Part shown: positions 34,989 to 47,400 of the stretch, in pieces | Layout: the number at the start of each line of letters is the position of its first letter | Position numbering within the stretch: position 1 is the first letter of the stretch | Assembly (NCBI GenBank): GCA_032718475.1 | Contig: JAUCBJ010005798.1 | Coordinates: 1 to 52,749, forward strand | DNA length: 52,749 nucleotides | Source: Nemertoderma westbladi | Taxonomy: Eukaryota > Animalia > Xenacoelomorpha | Direction: 5' to 3' | Notes under the pieces: generated by a model | The model's input: the letters and a program-made list of their open reading frames with translations, nothing else | What the model was told of the DNA's origin: nothing | Databases searched by the model: none | Position numbers and translations under genes: made by a program

Positions 34989-35147
34989 TTGTCACGAAAC
35001 CTTAAATATCTGGAGAGACAATTAGTGGCAGCGTTAATGGAATAGTTGTGAGCTTTAAGAAATTTGGCTATTTCCTTGTCATTTATCGAGTAGCTAATAC
35101 TCGGGGGGAAAACTTTGTCTGATGGTTTGCCTCACTCGATACACAGA
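34989..35147 (-). CDS. Clavesin-like gene, coding exon 2 (CRAL-TRIO N domain); apparent +1 frameshift in a C6 run
   Basis: cgtttcag|SVYRVRQTIRQSFP/PSISYSINDKEIAKFLKAHNYSINAATNCLSRYLRFRD-AA|gtgagt. Resembles DDAFILRFLRARKF..LAQYFQYR. The exon is 159 nt where flanking phases require 158. Confidence 0.8.
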
Positions 35148-35413
35148 CTGAAACGTAAGCCGATCGATCCACAATTAATTAATTATAGAGTAATTGCTAA
35201 CTACATAACATAAACTGGTATAAAGATATTATAAAATTTTAATTAACTACAAGATTAACTATCGCAAAACCTGCCAAACTGGAGTTCGGAAGCCACCCAC
35301 ATCTGGTGTTTCCCTATATTGGAAACTTTTGTTTCACTTTCGACATAATTACATAATTGTTACAAAATTATACATGCTATTCCATCATTCTGACAGACTA
35401 CCTGTTTGTATTC

Positions 35414-38400
35414 ACGCTACATTGTTTACAGTACTGTGCAGTAGAGAACTCTGAGACGCTGCAATGTTACAGTACTGTGTTGTCTCGCACTCTGAGACGC
35501 TTCATTGTTACAGTACTGTGCAGTAGAGAACTCTGAGACGCTGCAATGTTACAGTACTGTGTCGTCTCGCACTCTGAGACGCTACATTGTTACAGTACTG
35601 TGCATTAGAGAACTTTGAGACGCTGCAATGTTACAGTACTGTGCCGTCTCGCACTCTGAGACGCTATATTGTTACAGTACTGTGCAGTAGAGAACTCTGA
35701 GACGCTGCAATGTTACAGTACTGTGTCGTCTCGCACTCTGAGACGCTACATTGTTACAGTACTGTGCATTAGAGAACTTTGAGACGCTGCAATGTTACAG
35801 TACTGTGCCGTCTCGCACTCTGAAACGCTACATTGTTACAGTACTGTGCCGTCTCGTACATTGAGACCTGCAGGGTAACAGTACTGTGCCGTATCGTACT
35901 CTGAGACGCTACATTGTTACAGTACTGTGCATTAGAGAACTTTGAGACGCTGCAATGTTACAGTACTGTGCCGTCTCGCACTCTGAGACGCTATATTGTT
36001 ACAGTACTGTGCAGTAGAGAACTCTGAGACGCTGCAATGTTACAGTACTGTGCCGTCTCGCACTCTGAAACGCTACATTGTTACAGTACTGTGCCGTCTC
36101 GTACATTGAGACCTGCAGGGTAACAGTACTGTGCCGTATCGTACTCTGAGACGCTACATGGTTACAGTACTGTGCAGTAGATAACTCTGAGACGCTGCAA
36201 TGTTACAGTACTGTGTCGTCTCGCACTCTGAGACGCTACATTGTTACAGTACTGTGTAGTAGAGAACTTTGAGACGCTGCAATGTTACAGTACTGTGCCG
36301 TCTCGCACTCTGAGACGCTACATTGTTACAGTACTGTGCCGTAACGTACTGAGAGACGCTGCATCGTTACAGTACTGTGCCGTCTCGTACTCTGTGACGC
36401 TACATTGTTACAGTACTGTGCCATCTCGTACTCGGATACCTGCAGGGTAACAGTACTGTGCCGTCTCGTACTCTGAGACACTACATTGTTACAGTACTGT
36501 GTAGTAGAGAACTCTGAGACGCTGCAATGTTACAGTACTGTGCCGCCTCGCACTCACTCTGAGACGCTACATTGTTACAGTACTGTGCCGTAACGTACTG
36601 AGAGACGCTGCATCGTTACAGTACTGTGCCGTCTCGTACTCTGTGACGCTACATTGTTACAGTACTGTGCCATCTCGTACTCGGATACCTGCAGGGTAAC
36701 AGTACTGTGCCGTCTCGTACTCTGAGACACTACATTGTTACAGTACTGTGTAGTAGAGAACTTTGAGACGCTGCAATGTAACAGTACTGTGCCGCCTCGC
36801 ACTCTGAGACGCTACATTGTAACAGTACTGTGCAGAAGAGAACTCTGAGACGCTGCAATGTTACAGTACTGTGCCGTCTCGCACTCTGAGACGCTACATT
36901 GTTACAGTACTGTGCCGTAACGTACTGAGAGACGCTGCATCGTTACAGTACTGTGCCGTCTCGTACTCTGTGACGCTACATTGTTACAGTACTGTGCCAT
37001 CTCGTACTCGGATACCTGCAGGGTAACAGTACTGTGCCGTCTCGTACTCTGAGACGCTACATGGTTACAATACTGTGCCGTCTCGCACTGAGAGACGCTG
37101 CAGGGTTACAGTAATGTGCCGTATCGCACTGAGAGATGCTATTTTGCACTGTTACAGTACGGTGCAGTATCGAACTCTGAGATGCTACAATGTTACAGTA
37201 CTGTGTAGTAGAGAACTCTGAGACGCTGCAATGTTACAGTACTGTGCCGCCTCGCACTCTGAGACGCTACATTGTTACAGTACTGTGCCGTAACGTACTG
37301 AGAGACGCTGCATCGTTACAGTACTGTGCCGTCTCGTACTCTGAGACGCTACATTGTTATAGTACTGTGCAGTAGAGAACTTTGAGACGCTGCAATGTTA
37401 CAGTACTGTGCCGTCTCGCACTCTGAGACGCTACATTGTTACAGCACTGTGCCGTAACGTACTGAGAGACGCTGCATCGTCACAGTACTGTGCCGTCTCG
37501 TACTCTGTGACGCTACATTGTTACAGTACTGTGCCATCTCGTACTCGGATACCTGCAGGGTAACAATACTGTGCCGTCTCGTACTCTGAGACACTACATT
37601 GTTACAGTACTGTGTAGTAGAGAACTCTGAGACGCTGCAATGTTACAGTACTGTGCCGCCTCGCACTCTGAGACGCTACATTGTTACAGTACTGTGCCGT
37701 AACGTACTATGAGACGCTGCATCGTTACAGTACTGTGCCGTCTCGTACTCTGTGACGCTACATTGTTACAGTACTGTGCCATCTCGTACTCGGATACCTG
37801 CAGGGTAGCAGTACTGTGCCGTCTCGTACTCTGAGACACTACATTGTTACAGTACTGTGTAGTAGAGAACTTTGAGACGCTGCAATGTTACAGTACTGTG
37901 CCGCCTCGCACTCTGAGACGCTACATTGTTACAGTACTGTGCAGAAGAGAACTCTGAGACGCTGCAATGTTACATTACTGTGCCGTCTCGCACTCTGAGA
38001 CGCTACATTGTTACAGTACTGTGCCGTAACGTACTGAGAGACGCTGCATCGTTACAGTACTGTGCCGTCTCGTACTCTGTGACGCTACATTGTTACAGTA
38101 CTGTGCCATCTCGTACTCGGATACCTGCAGGGTAACAGTACTGTGCCGTCTCGTACTCTGAGACGCTACATGGTTACAATACTGTGCCGTCTCGCACTGA
38201 GAGACGCTGCAGGGTTACAGTACTGTGCCGTATCGCACTGAGAGATGCTATTTTGCACTGTTACAGTACGGTGCAGTATCGAACTCTGAGACGCTACAAT
38301 GTTACAGTACTGTGTAGTAGAGAACTCTGAGACGCTGCAATGTTACAGTACTGTGCCGCCTCGCACTCTGAGACGCTACATTGTTACAGTACTGTGCCGT

Positions 38401-41400
38401 AACGTACTGAGAGACGCTGCATCGTTACAGTACTGTGCCGTCTCGTACTCTGAGACGCTACATTATTACAGTACTGTGTAGTAGAGAACTTTGAGACGCT
38501 GCAATGTTACAGTACTGTGCCGTCTCGCACTCTGAGACGCTACATTGTTACAGAAATGTGCCGTAACGTACTGAGAGACGCTGCATCGTTACAGTACTGT
38601 GCCGTCTCGTACTCTGTGACGCTACATTGTTACAGTACTGTGCCATCTCGTACTCGGATACCTGCAGGGTATCAGTACTGTGCCGTCTCGTACTCTGAGA
38701 CACTACATTGTTACAGTACTGTGTAGTAGAGAACTCTGAGACGCTGCAATGTTACAGTACTGTGCCGCCTCGCACTCTGAGACGCTACATTGTTACAGTA
38801 CTGTGCCGTAACGTACTGAGAGACGCTGCATCGTTACAGTACTGTGCCGTCTCGTACTCTGTGACGCTACATTGTTACAGTACTGTGCCATCTCGTACTC
38901 GGATACCTGCAGGGTAACAGTACTGTGCCGTCTCGCACTCTGAGACGCTACATTGTTACAGCACTGTGCCGTAACGTACTGAGAGACGCTGCATCGTCAC
39001 AGTACTGTGCCGTCTCGTACTCTGTGACGCTACATTGTTACAGTACTGTGCCATCTCGTACTCGGATACCTGCAGGGTAACAATACTGTGCCGTCTCGTA
39101 CTCTGAGACACTACATTGTTACAGTACTGTGTAGTAGAGAACTCTGAGACGCTGCAATGTTACAGTACTGTGCCGCCTCGCACTCTGAGACGCTACATTG
39201 TTACAGTACTGTGCCGTAACGTACTATGAGACGCTGCATCGTTACAGTACTGTGCCGTCTCGTACTCTGTGACGCTACATTGTTACAGTACTGTGCCATC
39301 TCGTACTCGGATACCTGCAGGGTAACAGTACTGTGCCGTCTCGTACTCTGAGACACTACATTGTTACAGTACTGTGTAGTAGAGAACTCTGAGACGCTGC
39401 AATGTTACAGTACTGTGCCGCCTCGCACTCTGAGACGCTACATTGTTACAGTACTGTGCCGTAACGTACTATGAGACGCTGCATCGTTACAGTACTGTGC
39501 CGTCTCGTACTCTGTGACGCTACATTGTTACAGTACTGTGCCATCTCGTACTCGGATACCTGCAGGGTAACAGTACTGTGCCGTCTCGTACTCTGAGACG
39601 CTACATGGTTACAATACTGTGCCGTCTCGCACTGAGAGACGCTGCAGGGTTACAGTACTGTGCCGTATCGCACTGAGAGATGCTATTTTGCACTGTTACA
39701 GTACGGTGCAGTATCGAACTCTGAGACGCTACAATGTTACAGTACTGTGTAGTAGAGAACTCTGAGACGCTGCAATGTTACAGTACTGTGCCGCCTCGCA
39801 CTCTGAGACGCTACATTGTTACAGTACTGTGCCGTAACGTACTGAGAGACGCTGCATCGTTACAGTACTGTGCCGTCTCGTACTCTGAGACGCTACATTA
39901 TTACAGTACTGTGTAGTAGAGAACTTTGAGACGCTGCAATGTTACAGTACTGTGCCGTCTCGCACTCTGAGACGCTACATTGTTACAGAAATGTGCCGTA
40001 ACGTACTGAGAGACGCTGCATCGTTACAGTACTGTGCCGTCTCGTACTCTGTGACGCTACATTGTTACAGTACTGTGCCATCTCGTACTCGGATACCTGC
40101 AGGGTATCAGTACTGTGCCGTCTCGTACTCTGAGACACTACATTGTTACAGTACTGTGTAGTAGAGAACTCTGAGACGCTGCAATGTTACAGTACTGTGC
40201 CGCCTCGCACTCTGAGACGCTACATTGTTACAGTACTGTGCCGTAACGTACTGAGAGACGCTGCATCGTTACAGTACTGTGCCGTCTCGTACTCTGTGAC
40301 GCTACATTGTTACAGTACTGTGCCATCTCGTACTCGGATACCTGCAGGGTAACAGTACTGTGCCGTCTCGCACTCTGAGACGCTACATTGTTACAGCACT
40401 GTGCCGTAACGTACTGAGAGACGCTGCATCGTCACAGTACTGTGCCGTCTCGTACTCTGTGACGCTACATTGTTACAGTACTGTGCCATCTCGTACTCGG
40501 ATACCTGCAGGGTAACAATACTGTGCCGTCTCGTACTCTGAGACACTACATTGTTACAGTACTGTGTAGTAGAGAACTCTGAGACGCTGCAATGTTACAG
40601 TACTGTGCCGCCTCGCACTCTGAGACGCTACATTGTTACAGTACTGTGCCGTAACGTACTATGAGACGCTGCATCGTTACAGTACTGTGCCGTCTCGTAC
40701 TCTGTGACGCTACATTGTTACAGTACTGTGCCATCTCGTACTCGGATACCTGCAGGGTAACAGTACTGTGCCGTCTCGTACTCTGAGACACTACATTGTT
40801 ACAGTACTGTGTAGTAGAGAACTTTGAGACGCTGCAATGTTACAGTACTGTGCCGCCTCGCACTCTGAGACGCTACATTGTTACAGTACTGTGCAGAAGA
40901 GAACTCTGAGACGCTGCAATGTTACATTACTGTGCCGTCTCGCACTCTGAGACGCTACATTGTTACAGTACTGTGCCGTAACGTACTGAGAGACGCTGCA
41001 TCGTTACAGTACTGTGCCGTCTCGTACTCTGTGACGCTACATTGTTACAGTACTGTGCCATCTCGTACTCGGATACCTGCAGGGTAACAGTACTGTGCCG
41101 TCTCGTACTCTGAGACGCTACATGGTTACAATACTGTGCCGTCTCGCACTGAGAGACGCTGCAGGGTTACAGTACTGTGCCGTATCGCACTGAGAGATGC
41201 TATTTTGCACTGTTACAGTACGGTGCAGTATCGAACTCTGAGACGCTACAATGTTACAGTACTGTGTAGTAGAGAACTCTGAGACGCTGCAATGTTACAG
41301 TACTGTGCCGCCTTGCACTCTGAGACGCTACATTGTTACAGTACTGTGCCGTAACGTACTGAGAGACGCTGCATCGTTACAGTACTGTGCCGTCTCGTAC

Positions 41401-44400
41401 TCTGAGACGCTACATTATTACAGTACTGTGTAGTAGAGAACTTTGAGACGCTGCAATGTTACAGTACTGTGCCGTCTCGCACTCTGAGACGCTACATTGT
41501 TACAGTACTGTGCCGTAACGTACTGAGAGACGCTGCATCGTTACAGTACTGTGCCGTCTCGTACTCTGTGACGCTACATTGTTACAGTACTGTGCCATCT
41601 CGTACTCGGATACCTGCAGGGTAACAGTACTGTGCCGTCTCGTACTCTGAGACACTACATTGTTACAGTACTGTGTAGTAGAGAACTCTGAGACGCTGCA
41701 ATGTTACAGTACTGTGCCGCCTCGCACTCTGAGACGCTACATTGTTACAGTACTGTGCCGTAACGTACTGAGAGACGCTGCATCGTTACAGTACTGTGCC
41801 GTCTCGTACTCTGTGACGCTACATTGTTACAGTACTGTGCCATCTCGTACTCGGATACCTGCAGGGTAACAGTACTGTGCCGTCTCGTACTCTGAGACAC
41901 TACATTGTTACAGTACTGTGTAGTAGAGAACTCTGAGACGCTGCAATGTTACAGTACTGTGCCGCCTCGCACTCTGAGACGCTACATTGTTACAGTACTG
42001 TGCCGTAACGTACTGAGAGACGCTGCATCGTTACAGTACTGTGCCGTCTCGTACTCTGTGACGCTACATTGTTACAGTACTGTGCCATCTCGTACTCGGA
42101 TACTTGCAGGGTAACAGTACTGTGCCGTCTCGTACTCTGAGACGCTACATGGTTACAATACTGTGCCGTCTCGCACTGAGAGACGCTGCAGGGTTACAGT
42201 ACTGTGCCGTATCGCACTGAGAGATGCTATTTTACACTGTTACAGTACGGTGCAGTATCGAACTCTGAGACGCTACAATGTTACAGTACTGTGCCGTTTC
42301 GTACTCTGAGACGCTACATTGTTACAGTACTGTGCCGTAACGTACTGAGAGACGCTGCATCGTTACAGTACTGTGCCGTCTCGTACTCTGTGACGCTACA
42401 TTGTTACCGTACTGTGCCGTCTCGTACTCTGACTCTGAGACGCTGCATCGATACAGTACTGTGCCGTAACGTACTGAGAGAAGCTGCATCGTTACAGTAC
42501 TGTGCCGTCTCGTACTCTGTGACGCTACATTGTTACATTACTGTTCCGCATCGTACTGAGAGATGCTATTTTGCATTGTTACAGTACTGCGCAGTATCGA
42601 ACTCTGAGACGCTACATTGTTACAGTACTGTACCGTAACGTACTGAGAGACGCTGCATCGTTACAGTACTGTGCCGTCTCGTACTCTGAGACGCTACATT
42701 GTTACAGTACTGTGCCGTAACGTACTGAGAGACGCTGCATCGTTACAGTACTATGCCGTCTCGTACTCTGAGACCTGCAGGGTAACAGTACTGTGCCGTT
42801 TCGTACTCTGAGACGCTACATTGTTACATTACTGTGCCGTAGCGTGCTGAGAGACGCTGCATCGTTACAGTACTGTGCCGTCTCGTACTTCGATACGTAC
42901 ATGGTTACAGTACTGTGCCGTCTCGTACTTCGATACGTACATGGTTACAGTACTGTGCCGTCTCGTACTTCGATACGTACATGGTTACAGTACTGTGCCG
43001 TCTCGTACTTCGATACGTACATGGTTACAGTACTGTGCCGTCTCGTACTACGATACGTACATGGTTACAGTAATGGTTACAGTACTGTGCCGTCTCGTAC
43101 TCTGAGACGCTGCAGGATAACAGTACTGTGCCGTCTCGTACTCTGAGACGGTACAATGTTACAGTAGTGTGCCGTAGCGTACTGAGAGACGCTGCATCGT
43201 TACAGTGCTGTGCCGTAGCGTACTGAGAGACGCTGCATCGTTACAGTACTGTGCTGTAGCGTACTGAGAGACGCTGGTAGGGTTACAGTACTGTGCCGTC
43301 TCGTACTCTGCGACGCTACATTGTTACAGTACTGTGCCGTCTCGTACTGAGATACGCTGTATCGTTACATTACTATGCCGTCTCGTACTCTGAGACCTGC
43401 AGGGTAACAGTACTGTGCCGTCTCGTACTCTGAGACGCTACATTGTTACAGTACTGTGCCGTCTCGTACTGAGAGATGCTGCAGGGTAACAGTACTGTGC
43501 CGTCTCGTACTCTGCGACGCTACATTGTTACAATACTGTGCTGTCTCGTACTGAGAGACGCTGCATCGTTACATTACTATGCCGTCTCGTACTCTGAGAC
43601 CTGCAGGGTAACAGTACTGTGCCGTCTCGTACTCATAGACGTTGGAGGGTAACAGTACTGTGCCGTCTCGTACTCTGCGACGCTACATTGTAACAGTACT
43701 GTGCCGTCTCGTACTGAGAGACGCTGCATCGTTACATTACTATGCCTTCTCGTACTCTGAGACCTGCAGGGTAGCAGTTCTGTGCCGTCTCGTACTCATA
43801 GACGCTGCAGGGTAACAGTACTATGCCGTCTCGTACTCTGCGACGCTACATTGTTACAGTACTGTGCCGTCTTGTACTGAGAGACGCTGCATCGTTACAT
43901 TACTATGCCGTCTCGTACTCTGAGACGCTGCAGGGTAACAGTACTGTGCCGTCTCGTACTCTGACACGCTACATTGTTACAGTACTGTGCCGTCTCGTAC
44001 TGAGAGACGCTGCAGGGTAACAGTACTGTGCCGTCTCGTAATCTGCGACGCCTCATTGTTACAGTACTGTGCTGTCTCGTACTGAGAGATGCTGCATCGT
44101 TACATTACTATGCCGTCTCGTACTCTGAGATCTGCAGGGTAACAGTACTGTGCCGTCTCGTACTCATAGACGTTGGAGGGTAACAGTACTATGCCGTCTC
44201 GTACTCTGCGACGCTACATTGTAACAGTACTGTGCCGTCTCGTACTGAGAGACGCTGTATCATTACATTACTATGCCGTCTCGTACTCTGAGATCTGCAG
44301 GGTAACAGTACTGTGCCGTCTCGTACTCATAGACGTTGGAGGGTAACAGTACTATGCCGTCTCGTACTCTGCGACGCTACATTGTTACAGTACTGTGCAG

Positions 44401-47400
44401 TAGAGAACTCTGAGACGCTGGTAGGGTTACAGTACTGTGCCGTTTCGTACTCTGTGACGCTACATTGTTACAGTACTGTGCCGTTTCGCACTGAGAGACG
44501 CTACATTGTTACAGTACTGTGCTGTAGCGTACTGAGAGACGCTGGTAGGGTTACAGTACTGTGCCGTCTCGTACTCTGTGACGCTACATTGTTACAGTAC
44601 TGTGCCATCTCGTACTCGGATACCTGCAGGGTAACAGTACTGTGCCGTCTCGTACTCTGAGACGCTACATGGTTACAATACTGTGCCGTCTCGCACTGAG
44701 AGACGCTGCAGGGTTACAGTACTGTGCCGTATCGCACTGAGAGATGCTATTTTGCACTGTTACAGTACGGTGCAGTATCGAACTCTGAGACGCTACAATG
44801 TTACAGTACTGTGCCGTTTCGTACTCTAAGACGCTACATTGTTACAGTACTGTGCCGTAACGTACTGAGAGACGCTGCATCGTTACAGTACTGTGCCGTC
44901 TCGTACTCTGTGACGCTACATTGTTACCGTACTGTGCCGTCTCGTACTCTGACTCTGAGACGCTGCATCGATACAGTACTGTGCCGTAACGTACTGAGAG
45001 AAGCTGCATCGTTACAGTACTGTGCCGTCTCGTACTCTGTGACGCTACATTGTTACATTACTGTTCCGCATCGTACTGAGAGATGCTATTTTGCATTGTT
45101 ACAGTACTGCGCAGTATCGAACTCCGAGACGCTACAATGTTACAGTACTGTGCCGTCTCGTACTCTGAGACGCTACATTGTTACAGTACTGTACCGTAAC
45201 GTACTGAGAGACGCTGCATCGTTACAGTACTGCGCCGTCTCGTACTCTGAGACGCTACATTGTTACAGCACTGTGCCGTAACGTACTGAGAGACGCTGCA
45301 TCGTTACAGTACTATGCCGTCTCGTACTCTGAGACCTGCAGGGTAACAGTACTGTGCCGTTTCGTACTCTGAGACGCTACATTGTTACATTACTGTGCCG
45401 TAGCGTGCTGAGAGACGCTGCATCGTTACAGTACTGTGCCGTCTCGTACTTCGATACGTACATGGTTACAGTACTGTGCCGTCTCGTACTTCGATACGTA
45501 CATGGTTACAGTACTGTGCCGTCTCGTACTTCGATACGTACATGGTTACAGTACTGTGCCGTCTCGTACTTCGATACGTACATGGTTACAGTACTGTGCC
45601 GTCTCGTACTACGATACGTACATGGTTACAGTAATGGTTACAGTACTGTGCCGTCTCGTACTCTGAGACGCTGCAGGATAACAGTACTGTGCCGTCTCGT
45701 ACTCTGAGACGGTACAATGTTACAGTAGTGAGCCGTAGCGTACTGAGAGACGCTGCATCGTTACAGTGCTGTGCCGTAGCGTACTGAGAGACGCTACATT
45801 GTTACAGAACTGTGCCGTCTCGTACTGAGAGACGCTGCAGGGTAACAGTACTGTGCCGTCTCGTACTCTGCGACGCTACATTGTTACAATACTGTGCTGT
45901 CTCGTACTGAGAGACGCTGCATCGTTACATTACTATGCCGTCTCGTACCCTGAGACCTGCAGGGTAACAGTACTGTGCCGTCTCGTACTCATAGATGCAG
46001 CAGGGTAACAGTACTGTGCCGAGTCGTACTCTGCGACGCTACATTGTAACAGTACTGTGCCGTCTCGTACTGAGAGACGCTGCATCGTTACATTACTATG
46101 CCGTCTCGTACTCTGAGACCTGCAGGGTAACAGTACTGTGCCGTCTCGTACTCATAGATGCAGCAGGGTAACAGTACTGTGCCGAGTCGTACTCTGCGAC
46201 GCTACATTGTAACAGTACTGTGCCGTCTCGTACTGAGAGACGCTGCATAGTTACATTACTATGCCTTCTCGTACTCTGAGACCTGCAGGGTAGCAGTTCT
46301 GTGCCGTCTCGTACTCATAGACGCTGCAGGGTAACAGTACTATGCCGTCTCGTACTCTGCGACGCTACATTGTTACAGTACTGTGCCGTCTTGTACTGAG
46401 AGACGCTGCATCGTTACATTACTATGCCGTCTCGTACTCTGAGACGCTGCAGGGTAACAGTACTGTGCCGTCTCGTACTCTGACACGCTATATTGTTACA
46501 GTACTGTGCCGTCTCGTACTGAGAGACGCTGCAGGGTAACAGTACTGTGCCGTCTCGTACTCTGACACGCTATATTGTTACAGTACTGTGCCGTCTCGTA
46601 CTGATAGACGCTGCAGGGTAACAGTACTGTGCCGTCTCGTACTCTGCGACGCTACATTGTTACAGTACTGTGCTGTCTCGTACTGAGAGACGCTGCATCG
46701 TTACATTACTATGCCGTCTCGTACTCTGAGATCTGCAGGGTAACAGTACTGTGCCGTCTCGTACTGAGAGACGCTGCAGGGTAACAGTACTGTGCCGTCT
46801 CGTACTCTGACACGCTATATTGTTACAGTACTGTGCCGTCTCGTACTGATAGACGCTGCAGGGTAACAGTACTGTGCCGTCTCGTACTCTGCGACGCTAC
46901 ATTGTTACAGTACTGTGCCGTCTCGTACTGAGAGACGCTGCATCGTTACATTACTATGCCGTCTCGTACTCTGAGACCTGCAGGCTAACATTACTGTGCC
47001 GTCTCGTACTCATAGACGCTGCAGGGTAACAGTACTATGCCGTCTCGTACTCTGCGACGCTACATTGTTACAGTACTGTGCCGTTTCGCACTGAGAGACG
47101 CTGCATCGTTACATTACAATGCCGTCTCGTACTCTGAGACCAGCAGGGTAGCAGTACTGTGCCGTCTCGTACTCTGAGACGCTGCAGGGTAACAGTAACT
47201 CTGAGATGCTACATTGTTACAGTACTGTGCAGTAGAGAACTCTGAGACGCTGCAATGTTACAGTATTGTGCCGTCTCGTTACAGTACTGTGCCGTAACGT
47301 ACTGAGAGACGATGCATCGTTACAGTACTGTGCCGTCTCGCACTGAGAGACGATACATCGTTACAGTACTGTGCCGTCTCGCACACCGAGACGCTGCAAG

